From contig JAGVGF010000002.1 in NCBI GenBank assembly GCA_020057295.1, positions 24,776 to 88,775 on the forward strand: a stretch of 64,000 nt of DNA. Direction: 5' to 3'. The notes under the pieces were generated by a model. The model ran no database searches and was not told where the DNA came from. It saw nothing but the letters and a program-made list of their open reading frames with translations. Below are positions 49,763 through 60,201 of the stretch, piece by piece. The position numbers were made by a program, and so were the translations under genes. The stretch is from an archaeon. Lineage in GTDB: Archaea; Nanobdellota; Nanobdellia; Woesearchaeales; UBA9642. The number at the start of each line of letters is the position of its first letter. The first letter of the stretch is position 1.

Positions 49763-52681
49763 TTAAGAATTTACAGGCCACTTTACTTTCCAAATTATTA
49801 TTCTAGTGCCAGTAATATCTGTAACATCAGAGAATTTCTCAAAATTATTCATATACTTACCATCTAAGTAAAATAATTTTGTGAATGTAGATTCTAACAA
49901 TATTGGATCCGAGATTAATGCTGAATATCTAGTCTGATTATTTGATCTATCTATATTTAATAATAATCCAAGATTCATTGTAGTATTATCTACATCGTAT
50001 CTTTTCATCTCTTCATCTGCTATTACTAAACTCTTCCAGAATGCTACGTTTTCTCCAACTTTGGAATTAGTTGCTTTATCGTATATTCCTATTAATACTT
50101 GTGAACTTTCTGGATTAGTTAAATTTATTGCAGCACGCTGTAATACTATATTTTGTTGTCCGTTACTTCCAATGCCTAGATTTAGATCACATAATACTAA
50201 GTCTTTAGTATAATTTACACAACCAATTAAACTACCTGTTGCATAACTAGGCCATGTTGATATCCAATCATTCATCTCTCTATCTGTTTGTAATGCTTGA
50301 ACTTCATAATATATTCTTGAAGCTTCATCCGCGCTATACTGGAAGAAACTACTTCTTTCTTTGAATCGTTCTTCCATTATTTTCATTGCTTCATCATAAG
50401 GTTTTGTTCTTACATTATTTATTATGAATGCTTTATCAAAGTCCCATGTTCCAAAGTGTGCCCATACACCGGCTTTTCCTACCATATCTTCTGACGTTAT
50501 GAAATAGTTCTCTGGAGGATTACAATGTGTTAATAATAATATTTTATCTATCTCACTTGAAGTGTAACCATAAATTTCAAGAGTTTTTCTAGCTTGAGTT
50601 TTATCTTGTATTACTATTTCATCAACTATATTTTGAGTTCTTTCTGTATCATTATACTTTTTATTCATCTCGTCAAATCCTGTTGTACTACCACAATCTA
50701 ATATTCTTAATAATCCTGTTGCTCTCTTCTCATCGCTAGTTGTTAATGTTTGTGCAAGGTATTGTACGAATGGTCCACTCTGTGCAGAGCCATCTGCTGT
50801 TACTTTACGTTCAGCAACATATTTGAACCAGTGTCCGAAATCCCACCAAGAGTTTATTATTGCATCAGGTTTTGATTCTTCTCTTATTTTTGTTAATGAA
50901 TCCCACCATCCAATAGTCATTGATGGCATATAACTTTTACCTGTAGCAATTCCTGCTTGTATGGGAATTATCAATATTAAACACAATAGTGCAAATACTA
51001 TTAGTTTTGAAATGTTTTCCTTAACATTTAATCCTTCATGGAATAATCTAGAAATATATTCGTAAATATATCCTATAGCAACTCCTAATGCTACAGAGAA
51101 TGCGGGTATAAGCAATAGATTAAATCTTATGCCCTTGATACTAGCATATATCATAAACACGTACCATATTCCAAGTATTAATGGAATCTTAATATCGTGT
51201 TTAGAATCTTTATCTAGTAATATGTTTAGTATGCCTAGTGCTATTGGTATAAGTAGAACTATAGTATATACTGTTGGATTCATACCATATCCTATGGAAG
51301 ATGTAAGTATAGCATATACTATTATTGCAATTATTAATAATATATATTCCTTAGTTGTTGGTTTCTTTCCTACTAGCAAGAATATTATTCCAAGTAATGA
51401 TATCGCAAAGAGTATTGGTATCCCAAATCCTATCTGCCCAACTGTTGTCGCAACATTACCCTCATTTAATTCTGCGACTGTAGTCATAATATTAGGCCAT
51501 AATTCTGCTTGAGCAGCAACTTTAAGGTTTGCATTAACAGTAAACGGCGTCATGAACACTCCGAAAAATGCTCCTATACTTCCAGCAAATAAACTTACAA
51601 ATATTGCCGAAAAAACGAATATGCTAGCAAATAATATTAATTCTTGTTGAATATGTTTTTCTTTCCAGAAGTGTATGCGTTTATGATGCATGTAGTCTTT
51701 AACGATTATAAATCCTATGTGTCCTATTATAGCTAATAACATAAATAAGAATATATACCAGTAGCCACCCCATGCAAAACTAAATAATCCCATCAATAGA
51801 CCCGTAAGACCACCGAGTAAAATTTTATTTAAAGTGTTTCTAGCATCATATGCTTCTAAAAATATCCAGATTATTACAAGTGGGAAAACTACATTCCATA
51901 TATCAGTATCGGATCCTAGACTTCTAGAAATTAATAATGGACTTAATGCAAATAGCATTGCAGCGAAAAATCCTCCGACTTCATTCATTAATTTTCTACC
52001 AATAAAGAATGCTGCTATAGCTCCAATGACTGCCAATAATGTTGGTAGATAGAATTGTGCCTGCATTAAATTAATTTTAGAATCGAAGAAATGTAAAAAT
52101 TTGTATAACACAAATATTCCGTAAGGATGCATTGTTGCACCAACCGGTGTACCTATAGGCGCAATCATTTTTGTATCTATACAGATATTGTTTTCTATCT
52201 TATCACATACTACCCCGTTTCTTTCAATATTTCTAGCTTGATTCAAATAGTAGTATGAGTCTAAATCTCCTAAGAACGTGTATGTGTTATTATTTTCTTG
52301 ATATTGAAATCCTGTTTTAAAATAATTTGATGTTTGCATTACTTGTTGTTCAACATATGCTTCGTTAGTTTTTAAAAAACCAGCAAATTGTTCGTCAACA
52401 AGTTTTTGACGCTGTACTACTGGTAGATTTGGATATTGTGCATTAATGTTTTGTGCAATACCGTTTTTATAATAATTATATACTGCATTACGTGACATGT
52501 CATCTGTTGCAGGCAAATATTGTGGTAGAACTCTAATATACACTGTTAAAGCCACAGGTATAAGAATAAGTAATAATAGTATTAATATGTTTAAATTTTT
52601 TGGTGTAAAGAAATTCCTAATTTTTGTAAAATCGATTTTTACATCATCTTTTTTATCATGTTCATCAGTCAATTTGTACAC
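49763..52681 (-). CDS. aglB: archaeal oligosaccharyltransferase AglB (STT3 family)
   Basis: 972 aa. Polytopic N-terminal domain plus a soluble C-terminal domain carrying SWWDFGHW (WWDYG catalytic motif variant). Confidence 0.8.
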   Translation of the reverse strand: MYKLTDEHDKKDDVKIDFTKIRNFFTPKNLNILILLLLILIPVALTVYIRVLPQYLPATDDMSRNAVYNYYKNGIAQNINAQYPNLPVVQRQKLVDEQFAGFLKTNEAYVEQQVMQTSNYFKTGFQYQENNNTYTFLGDLDSYYYLNQARNIERNGVVCDKIENNICIDTKMIAPIGTPVGATMHPYGIFVLYKFLHFFDSKINLMQAQFYLPTLLAVIGAIAAFFIGRKLMNEVGGFFAAMLFALSPLLISRSLGSDTDIWNVVFPLVIIWIFLEAYDARNTLNKILLGGLTGLLMGLFSFAWGGYWYIFLFMLLAIIGHIGFIIVKDYMHHKRIHFWKEKHIQQELILFASIFVFSAIFVSLFAGSIGAFFGVFMTPFTVNANLKVAAQAELWPNIMTTVAELNEGNVATTVGQIGFGIPILFAISLLGIIFLLVGKKPTTKEYILLIIAIIVYAILTSSIGYGMNPTVYTIVLLIPIALGILNILLDKDSKHDIKIPLILGIWYVFMIYASIKGIRFNLLLIPAFSVALGVAIGYIYEYISRLFHEGLNVKENISKLIVFALLCLILIIPIQAGIATGKSYMPSMTIGWWDSLTKIREESKPDAIINSWWDFGHWFKYVAERKVTADGSAQSGPFVQYLAQTLTTSDEKRATGLLRILDCGSTTGFDEMNKKYNDTERTQNIVDEIVIQDKTQARKTLEIYGYTSSEIDKILLLTHCNPPENYFITSEDMVGKAGVWAHFGTWDFDKAFIINNVRTKPYDEAMKIMEERFKERSSFFQYSADEASRIYYEVQALQTDREMNDWISTWPSYATGSLIGCVNYTKDLVLCDLNLGIGSNGQQNIVLQRAAINLTNPESSQVLIGIYDKATNSKVGENVAFWKSLVIADEEMKRYDVDNTTMNLGLLLNIDRSNNQTRYSALISDPILLESTFTKLFYLDGKYMNNFEKFSDVTDITGTRIIIWKVKWPVNS

Positions 52682-52729
52682 CCCATAAAAGTTTTATAAT
52701 TTGGTTTATAAATTTGATTAAACTATGTT

Positions 52730-54094
52730 CTATTTTTTTATATTATCTTCCACTATTGTCCATATTATCGCAAGCCCTCCAGCGGCAAAAATTATATCTA
52801 AAGGAGTAGTTGGCGCCTTATATCTTGCTAGATATACTGTTATCCCAAAAAAGAACCAAGCGATAAGATAAATTAGATAGAATGGTATAAAATTTTTCCA
52901 TTTTTGTATTGATACTATTACTCCTATAAGTGTAAATATCCAAAAGAACCATAATTGAGCAAGTAATGACTTAGGATTTTTAATTAATCTTTGGAATGCT
53001 TCTAGATTAGGAAATAACCAGTATTGCATAGAAAATTGATACATTTTATTAATAGTTTTATCCGGATTGTTTAGAATGTAGTTAATAGCATATTTTGTTG
53101 TACACTTATTTTGCTTATACACAAAATCATTTAATTCTTTCTTCGTTAAATTAGCGGCCGTACCCTTTCTATATATTTCTCCGCAATTACCATCAGATGT
53201 GTTTGTATCATATACATAATCCCATTTATAAACGCTAGTCATCCATAATGTTCCTTCAGGGTTGTTGCCTAGATAGAGATTCAATCCAGAATTAGAATTA
53301 ATAAATATTGGATGTCCATAATCTAAAGAAGTGTATATACACCAAGGTATAAGTATTATTGAAGCTCCAACAATAAATAATCCTAAAGGCATTATACCTC
53401 TCTTAAATATTTTTATATCTATTTTTTTATTGTTATGATAGAATATTAAGAATAATACAAGTACAAATCCAAACATTAATCCAGGAATTTTACTTAATGC
53501 CGCTATCCCAGACAAAATACCTATATATATGTATTTACTTTTTGTTTCGTTATCTATTGATTTTGCTGTTAAGTATATTGCCCAGCTGAAAGCAAAAATC
53601 ATCCAAAATTCCGTCCATAAATGTGCACTATAATAAACAATGTATGGATGAACTAGTGCGAGCAAACATGCAATGAATGCTGCTGTTTCACCAAAGAATT
53701 TCTTTGTTGGATAGAATAAAAAGTACGCTATGAGTAAAGACGCTATTATTTGAATTATTCTTCCAATATAATGATCAGGTCCAAAAATCGCATAGACCCC
53801 TACAAGGTATATTGTTTCTAGAGGATTAAAATATGAGCTAATGGTTGCTTTTCCGTTCAAGAAATCTATTGCATTGAGGTTATATCCCCATGCATCACTA
53901 CCAACAAATTCGTCGTTTAATCCTATGTTAGCTTCAGATATTTTTAAGTATAATGATAATATTATGAATAGAATTAATATTGCTGTTTTTATGGGATGTT
54001 TTTTTATTATATTAATAAAAGATTTCATTCTTTCAGTTATTTTTTCTTCTATTTTCTCTTTTGATTTGCCTGAATCAATCATAATAACCCCCAT
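52730..54094 (-). CDS. GT-C fold membrane glycosyltransferase (ArnT/PMT, GT39/GT83-like)
   Basis: 454 aa, about 11 TM helices. First periplasmic/external loop and helix pattern (…AYFLFYPTKKFFGETAAFIACLLALVHPYIVYYSAHLWTEFW…) typical of ArnT/PMT-type enzymes. Confidence 0.5.
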   Translation of the reverse strand: MGVIMIDSGKSKEKIEEKITERMKSFINIIKKHPIKTAILILFIILSLYLKISEANIGLNDEFVGSDAWGYNLNAIDFLNGKATISSYFNPLETIYLVGVYAIFGPDHYIGRIIQIIASLLIAYFLFYPTKKFFGETAAFIACLLALVHPYIVYYSAHLWTEFWMIFAFSWAIYLTAKSIDNETKSKYIYIGILSGIAALSKIPGLMFGFVLVLFLIFYHNNKKIDIKIFKRGIMPLGLFIVGASIILIPWCIYTSLDYGHPIFINSNSGLNLYLGNNPEGTLWMTSVYKWDYVYDTNTSDGNCGEIYRKGTAANLTKKELNDFVYKQNKCTTKYAINYILNNPDKTINKMYQFSMQYWLFPNLEAFQRLIKNPKSLLAQLWFFWIFTLIGVIVSIQKWKNFIPFYLIYLIAWFFFGITVYLARYKAPTTPLDIIFAAGGLAIIWTIVEDNIKK

Positions 54095-54245
54095 CCTTAT
54101 TGTTAGAGTAAATTGTATTCATAATTATAAATATTTCGAAAAACCCTTGAATTTTAGATTTTAATAATTTAAATTGAAAATATTTATTAATTACTCCACT
54201 ATTCTGTTCTTTATAGTAATTAGTGATATAATATGGTGATATGTT

Positions 54246-54965
54246 ATGTATAAAAATCAGAAAGTATCTGTCGTTTTTTCAACATATAACGAGAAACAAA
54301 CTATTAGGCAACAGATTAATGATTGTTTTGCTATACCTTATGTTGATGAAGTTGTTGTAGTTAATAATAATGCAGCAAAAGGTACTACAGAGGAAGTTCG
54401 TAAAACTAAAGCTAAATTATTCTTTGAAACTAAACAAGGTTACGGTCACGGTTATCAGAGAGGATTAAAAGAAGCTACGGGAAATATTATAATTATGTCT
54501 GAACCTGATGGAACATTTCATCACAAAGATATTATTAAACTTTTAGATTATTCTGACGAATTCGATGTGGTTTTTGGAACAAGAACTACTCAAGCTACTA
54601 TAATGAAAAATGCTAATATGGGTTTTTTTCTAAAATGGGGTAACTGGTTTATAGCTAAATTAATAGAAGTAGGATATAATACTACACATTTAAGCGATGT
54701 CGGTTGTACAATGAGATTAATAAAAAAATCTGCATTAAGGAAGATACAACCCCATTTTACCATTGGTGGTTCAACATTCGGTCCACAATTCATGGTCCTA
54801 GTAGTATTGAAAAAAATTCCTCACGTAGAAATACCAGTACATTATGGTACTAGGGTAGGTAAATCTATGGGTACAAAAAATAAATTCAACGCATTTATAA
54901 TGGGATTAAAAATGATTTGGATTGTATTCAGTTACAGAATCAAGGGTTGGTTTAAGAAATATTGA
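54246..54965 (+). CDS. family 2 glycosyltransferase (dolichyl/polyprenyl-phosphate sugar synthase, Dpm1/ArnC-like)
   Basis: 239 aa. VFSTYNEKQTI..., DEVVVVNNNAAKGT, and a DxD-like region EPDGT. GT-A fold, short soluble form. Confidence 0.65.
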   Translation: MYKNQKVSVVFSTYNEKQTIRQQINDCFAIPYVDEVVVVNNNAAKGTTEEVRKTKAKLFFETKQGYGHGYQRGLKEATGNIIIMSEPDGTFHHKDIIKLLDYSDEFDVVFGTRTTQATIMKNANMGFFLKWGNWFIAKLIEVGYNTTHLSDVGCTMRLIKKSALRKIQPHFTIGGSTFGPQFMVLVVLKKIPHVEIPVHYGTRVGKSMGTKNKFNAFIMGLKMIWIVFSYRIKGWFKKY

Positions 54966-54992
54966 TTGATAGTTTATTATTCGAGGTGTCAC

Positions 54993-55640
54993 ATGATTAA
55001 TGTCAACAAAATTTATGAGAGACGATTTGGTAAAGATGCTGTTTTTAGACAGAAAATGTATTCTGTGTTATGTTCAAAATTTTTCCAAAAATATATTTCT
55101 AAAAATGCTACGGTTTTAGATGTGGCTGCAGGATATTGCGAATTCATTAATAACATTCAAGCAAAGCATAAAATTGCTTTAGATATTAATCCTGATATAA
55201 GAAAATTTGCAGATAAATCGGTAAAGATTATACTAGCACCATCTACGGATATGAGCAAAATTTATTCTAACACTATAGATAATGTTTTCATAAGTAACTT
55301 TTTTGAACATATAACAAAAGAGGATATAATTAAGACACTTAATGAAATTCATCGTGTATTAAAAAAAGGCGGAAAATTAATGATATTACAACCTAATATT
55401 CGTTATAGTTATAATGATTATTGGATGTTTTTTGATCACATAACGCCTTTAGATGATAGAAGTTTATGTGAAGTCCTAGAATTGACGAATTTTAAAATCG
55501 TTGAGTCTAGGCCAAAATTCTTGCCTTATTCCACAAAAAGTAAGCTACCAAAATCTATAATATTATTGAGAATATATCTTAAGTTGCCAATACTACAAAG
55601 AATTATGGGTAAGCAAGCATTTGTTGTTGCACAAAAATAA
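54993..55640 (+). CDS. class I SAM-dependent methyltransferase
   Basis: Motif I VLDVAAGYCEF and LKKGGKLMI. The ORF-track TTG start at 54966 directly abuts the upstream stop; ATG 54993 is preferred. Confidence 0.55.
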   Translation: MINVNKIYERRFGKDAVFRQKMYSVLCSKFFQKYISKNATVLDVAAGYCEFINNIQAKHKIALDINPDIRKFADKSVKIILAPSTDMSKIYSNTIDNVFISNFFEHITKEDIIKTLNEIHRVLKKGGKLMILQPNIRYSYNDYWMFFDHITPLDDRSLCEVLELTNFKIVESRPKFLPYSTKSKLPKSIILLRIYLKLPILQRIMGKQAFVVAQK

Positions 55641-55734
55641 TTAAGATTATGTTCCGCGTATGTGTTGACTTAAGTGTGTACTTTCAGATTTGAAATTAAT
55701 AAACTTAATAAAACATTTGTCCTTCTAGTGTTTT

Positions 55735-56406
55735 ATGAAGATTTTTGTAGTACTGCCCGCGTATAATGAAGAGAAACAGATTGGTAATGTTATTCGTTCT
55801 CTTAAAAAGAATGGTTATAAGAATATTGTTGTTGTAGATGATGGTAGTTCCGATAAGACTTCGAGTATTTCTAGAAAAGAAGGTGCTATTGTTGTACGTA
55901 ATATTATGAATATGGGTGTTGGCGGAGCCAGTGTTGCTGGTATTGAATATTCGTTTAGGATTGGAGCAGATATTGTTGTCACAATAGATTCTGATGGTCA
56001 GCATGATGTGAAGGACATAAAAAAAGTTATTACACCATTGTTAAATAATAGTGCAGATGTTGTTAGTGGATCCAGAATGTTCAATCCAAAGGGCATGCCT
56101 TTAATAAGAAGAATTGGTAATTTCGGTCTAAGTTTTATAACATTTATTTTATTTGGTATATGGTCTACAGATTCACAAAGTGGTTTCAGGGCAGTCACAA
56201 AACATGCCTGGAAAAAGATGCATATAAAAGCTACAGGTTATGAATATAATTCTGACATGTTACGAGAGGTAAGATACCAAAATTTAAGGTTTAAAGAAGT
56301 TCCTATACGTGTAATATATACAGAATATTCGTTATCTAAAGGTCAAAGTGTTATGGGAGGAGTTAGGACATTTATTAGTATACTAAAAAGAAGATTTTTA
56401 GGTTAG
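55735..56406 (+). CDS. family 2 glycosyltransferase (Dpm1-like polyprenyl-phosphate glycosyltransferase)
   Basis: 223 aa. IFVVLPAYNEEKQI, VVVDDGSSDKT, and IDSDGQHD (DxD). Confidence 0.7.
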   Translation: MKIFVVLPAYNEEKQIGNVIRSLKKNGYKNIVVVDDGSSDKTSSISRKEGAIVVRNIMNMGVGGASVAGIEYSFRIGADIVVTIDSDGQHDVKDIKKVITPLLNNSADVVSGSRMFNPKGMPLIRRIGNFGLSFITFILFGIWSTDSQSGFRAVTKHAWKKMHIKATGYEYNSDMLREVRYQNLRFKEVPIRVIYTEYSLSKGQSVMGGVRTFISILKRRFLG

Positions 56407-56471
56407 TTTTTCTTGAGTTAAAATTAGCAAATTATATAAATGCACATTCTTTCTCGTAGAGTGGTGGTATA

Positions 56472-56816
56472 ATGAATATAGTTCAAATGCTAATTATAAT
56501 TTTTGCTGTATATGCTATAGTTAAAGTAGTTCTTAGACTGAGAGATAAATCATTAAGTCCTGTAGAATCTTTTTTATGGGCTATACTTTGGGTTGGAGTG
56601 ATATTCGCTGCCATATTCCCTAACACACTCATAGAACTTTCTAATGATTTAGGTTTGGGAAAAACATTGAATATGTTAGTATATCTTAGCATATTATTAT
56701 TGTTCTATTTAGTGTTTAGATTGTATAGTGCGCTTGACAAGTTAGATCATAGATTCAACACGCTTGTCAAAGAATTAAGTATTGAACGTACGATTAAACG
56801 TAAAAAAAGTAAGTGA
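56472..56816 (+). CDS. small GT2-associated membrane protein (DUF2304-like)
   Basis: 114 aa, 3 TM helices then a basic C-terminus. Genes of this size and topology commonly follow Dpm1-like GT2 genes. Confidence 0.4.
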   Translation: MNIVQMLIIIFAVYAIVKVVLRLRDKSLSPVESFLWAILWVGVIFAAIFPNTLIELSNDLGLGKTLNMLVYLSILLLFYLVFRLYSALDKLDHRFNTLVKELSIERTIKRKKSK

Positions 56817-56838
56817 AAAATAGGTTTGAAGAAATAAA

Positions 56839-57933
56839 ATGAAAATTTTAATTATATGTCCTGATTGGTTTCCGAATATTTCAGGTTTTGGAATATCTGC
56901 ATATGAGTTCTCTCAAGAATTACTTAAAGATAAGCATGAAGTAACAATAATAACATCTTCTCAGAAAAATCTTGATAAAAAAGGATTAAACGTTGTGAGT
57001 GTTAAAATGTTGTTTAACCCGTTAGGCAGAAATCCTATAGTTTTCGGATTGTACAATAAAATTAAGAATGTCGATTATGATGTAATATTGTTGTATAGTT
57101 ATATGTATGAAATGAATGTGCGTGTGGCATTATACAGAAAATTAGGTTTAATAAAAAAACCTGTTATTTTAATGTACAGAGGCAGTTTAGAAAATGATGT
57201 ACTGCCCTTCTTGAAAACATCGACAAAGATAGCGAAAAAAACATATGATGCAACACTTGCTAGAATGTTATTCAAAAATGTTGATTATACTATTTCTAAT
57301 TCTAAACCAACATTAAAGCTAATTAACGAAAAATATCTTGTCTCACATAAAAAAATGTCTTATATTTCTAGCGGCATACCTGTTATGGATTTTAAGAGAA
57401 GTAAGCTAAGTAATAAACGTGTATTATTTAATGGAAGGTTAATAGAAAATAAGGGTATAAACTTTTTTGGAAAAATATTAGAAACTATTCCAAAAGATTG
57501 GAAGTTTACAATTATTGGAGATGGTCCATTAGAGAAAGAAATTTTGAGATTAAAAAAGAAATATAAAAATATTGAATATTTAGGCAAGGTTTCACACGCT
57601 GTTGCTAAAGAAATGTACTCAAAGGCAGACATACTAATATTACCAACATTTGCTGAAGGATCGCCGCGTGTAGTTCTAGAAGCATGTGCATCGGGAGTTC
57701 CATCGATAGCATTTAACGTCGGGGATGTTCCAACAATACTTGATAACAATAAGAATGGTTATTGTATAGAAAGATATAACATAGAAAAATTTACAGAAAA
57801 ATTAGAATTATTGATAAAAAATAGGGAATTAAGAAAAAAATTAGGCGATAATGCCTATACTTTTGCAAGAAAAAATTTAGACTGGAAAATTGTTTATAAA
57901 AAAATGCTTAAAGAAATTAGAGGTTTGTTATGA
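56839..57933 (+). CDS. family 4 (GT-B) glycosyltransferase
   Basis: 364 aa. C-terminal EGSPRVVLEACASGVPSIA (E-x7-E-type GT4 motif). Confidence 0.7.
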   Translation: MKILIICPDWFPNISGFGISAYEFSQELLKDKHEVTIITSSQKNLDKKGLNVVSVKMLFNPLGRNPIVFGLYNKIKNVDYDVILLYSYMYEMNVRVALYRKLGLIKKPVILMYRGSLENDVLPFLKTSTKIAKKTYDATLARMLFKNVDYTISNSKPTLKLINEKYLVSHKKMSYISSGIPVMDFKRSKLSNKRVLFNGRLIENKGINFFGKILETIPKDWKFTIIGDGPLEKEILRLKKKYKNIEYLGKVSHAVAKEMYSKADILILPTFAEGSPRVVLEACASGVPSIAFNVGDVPTILDNNKNGYCIERYNIEKFTEKLELLIKNRELRKKLGDNAYTFARKNLDWKIVYKKMLKEIRGLL

Positions 57934-59129
57934 AGAAAAAAATATTCTTCCTAATAAATTCTCTTGAGATAGGAGGATCTGAAAGAGTAATATTAGAATT
58001 ATACAATCGTTTATCGAACAAATATGATGTAAAATTGATAACACTAAAAAATGTTACAAATTATGATTCTAAAATCAAAACAATTTCTTTAAGTAAAGTT
58101 ACAAAAACATCTAGAATGCTGGTTCATATTTCTTCTTATGTAAAAAAATTAAAAAAAATTATTACAGAAGAAAAACCTGATGTTTTAGTAAGTTTTTTGG
58201 AACTGAGTAACTTAGTCAATATATTTGCATGTAAAAATACAAAAACTAAATGTGTTATATCTGTGAGATCTACTCTCTCTGAAGTTTATGATAGAGGAAT
58301 ATATGGTAAAACATTTACTTATTTGATAAAAAAATTTTATCCGAAAGCCGACATAATCATAACTAATTCTAAATACTCAAAAATTGATTTAGTAAAAAGT
58401 TTTAACATTCCAGAAAAAAAAATATCGACGGTTTACAATCCATTAAACATAGAAAATGTTCAAAAATCTTCAATCGAAAAAATAGAGCGGAAATATGCTT
58501 CAATATTCGATGGCAAATCTAAGATATTGATTACCGTCGGTAGATTAATTGATGCGAAAGCACATCCAAATTTATTGCGTGTATTCTATAATTTAAAAAA
58601 AGAAGTAAAAAATGTGAAACTAGTAATCGTTGGAGATGGTCCATGGATGCAGAAACTCAAAGACATTATTAAAGAATTAGAATTAGAATCAGATGTATTC
58701 TTACTTGGCAGCCAGAAAAACCCTTACAAATATGTGAAAAAATCAGATATTTTCGTATATTCTTCAGTATATGAAGGTTTTCCTAATGCATTAATCGAAG
58801 GAATGGCTTGTGGAGTTCCTGTGATTTCTACCGATTGTAGATCTGGACCAAGAGAAATATTAGCTCCAGAAACCAATGTTCTAACGCAGGCCAAAAAATT
58901 AGAATTTGTCAAATATGGTTTATTATCTCCTGTTTTCAAGAAAGAACTAAACACAGACATTCACGCTTCCCTAAGCAAAGAGGAAGAGATATTTATGAGT
59001 GGCATAAAAACTCTTTTAAATAGTAAGAAATTATCAAAATCGTACGCTATTAAGGGTGAACTTAGGATTAAAGATTTTAATAGCGAAAATATGGCTAAAA
59101 ATTTTTTAAAAACGATTAAGGTGAATTGA
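57930..59129 (+). CDS. family 4 (GT-B) glycosyltransferase
   Basis: 399 aa. YEGFPNALIEGMACGVPVISTD GT4 motif. Start overlaps the upstream stop (ATGA). Confidence 0.7.
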   Translation: MKKKIFFLINSLEIGGSERVILELYNRLSNKYDVKLITLKNVTNYDSKIKTISLSKVTKTSRMLVHISSYVKKLKKIITEEKPDVLVSFLELSNLVNIFACKNTKTKCVISVRSTLSEVYDRGIYGKTFTYLIKKFYPKADIIITNSKYSKIDLVKSFNIPEKKISTVYNPLNIENVQKSSIEKIERKYASIFDGKSKILITVGRLIDAKAHPNLLRVFYNLKKEVKNVKLVIVGDGPWMQKLKDIIKELELESDVFLLGSQKNPYKYVKKSDIFVYSSVYEGFPNALIEGMACGVPVISTDCRSGPREILAPETNVLTQAKKLEFVKYGLLSPVFKKELNTDIHASLSKEEEIFMSGIKTLLNSKKLSKSYAIKGELRIKDFNSENMAKNFLKTIKVN

Positions 59130-60200
59130 GTGATTCCAAAAGATGTTGAATATTTAAAATGTATAAATTGTGGGCACGATTTGCTATTAAAAGTCTTCGA
59201 AACAGAAAAAGATGAATGTGTAGAAGGAAAATTATCCTGCAAACATTGTAACGAAGAGTGGCCCGTAATCAATGCAATACCGCGTTTGTTGCCTAAAAAC
59301 TTACTTAAAAATTTAGTTTTGCCTTATCATAAAGATTTCTTTGATAAATATCATTTTGATGTATCAGAAAAGAACAGATCCGATAAGTCCAGTAATGATG
59401 ATAAGTTAAAAAGTAAGACTGCTCAAAGTTTTGGTTTCGAGTGGTTAAAATATCCTAAAATATTAAACCAATTTGAGAAAGATTGGGAGAGATACTTTCA
59501 TCCGTTCATAACAAGAAAAGATATTAAAGGAAGTGTTGTAGCAGATTTTGGATGTGGGATGGCTAAACATGGATATTTTATTGGAAAATATGCTTCCAAA
59601 AAATATATTGGATTAGATTTAAGTGAGGCTACTGAGGCAGCATATAGAAATACTAAAAAATTCAAACCATTAATAGTACAGGCAGACATTTATCATATTC
59701 CGTTAAAAGGTGAAAAGATTGATATTTGTTATTCTATTGGTGTATTACATCATCTTCCAAATCCTGAAAATGGCTTCATAAGTATTATAAAGAATATGCG
59801 CAAAGGTTCTAAAATATTTATGTGGGTATACGGGCAAAGAGGAAATTCTCGTGCTCTATATTTATACAATCCAATACGTTTTGTGACAACTAGAATGAAT
59901 AGAAAATTTTTATATAATTTGTGTCACATTCCAGCTATTGCAGTACATTCATTAAACAGTGTATCTAAAGGATTATCAAAGATAGGATTAAAAAAATCTG
60001 CTAGATTAATTCCATTCAGTTATTATACAGATTTCCCGTACACTTTCAAGGTAAGCGACACTTTTGATACATTAGGAACACCAACTCAAATATACTATAA
60101 AATGAGTGAGATTGATAGTTGGTTCAAACATTCAAAATTAAAAAAATATCAATTAGAATATGATGTTGTACAAGGAATAAAAGGATATGGTGTAAAATAA
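59130..60200 (+). CDS. SAM-dependent methyltransferase with N-terminal Trm112-like zinc ribbon (GTG start)
   Basis: 356 aa. CINCGHDL...CKHCNEEWPVINAIPRLLP zinc ribbon followed by DFGCGMAKHGYF (motif I) and later motifs. Confidence 0.55.
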   Translation: MIPKDVEYLKCINCGHDLLLKVFETEKDECVEGKLSCKHCNEEWPVINAIPRLLPKNLLKNLVLPYHKDFFDKYHFDVSEKNRSDKSSNDDKLKSKTAQSFGFEWLKYPKILNQFEKDWERYFHPFITRKDIKGSVVADFGCGMAKHGYFIGKYASKKYIGLDLSEATEAAYRNTKKFKPLIVQADIYHIPLKGEKIDICYSIGVLHHLPNPENGFISIIKNMRKGSKIFMWVYGQRGNSRALYLYNPIRFVTTRMNRKFLYNLCHIPAIAVHSLNSVSKGLSKIGLKKSARLIPFSYYTDFPYTFKVSDTFDTLGTPTQIYYKMSEIDSWFKHSKLKKYQLEYDVVQGIKGYGVK

Positions 60201-60201
60201 T

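Noticed and set aside
54246-60200. In-frame juxtapositions GT2(54246..54965)-TGA-MTase and GT4(57930..59129)-TGA-MTase(59130..60200), considered as fusion proteins or TGA readthrough
   Set aside because: TGA terminates other genes here. The downstream genes have their own plausible starts (ATG 54993; GTG 59130 immediately after the stop, typical translational coupling). The same-frame adjacency is most simply coincidence.
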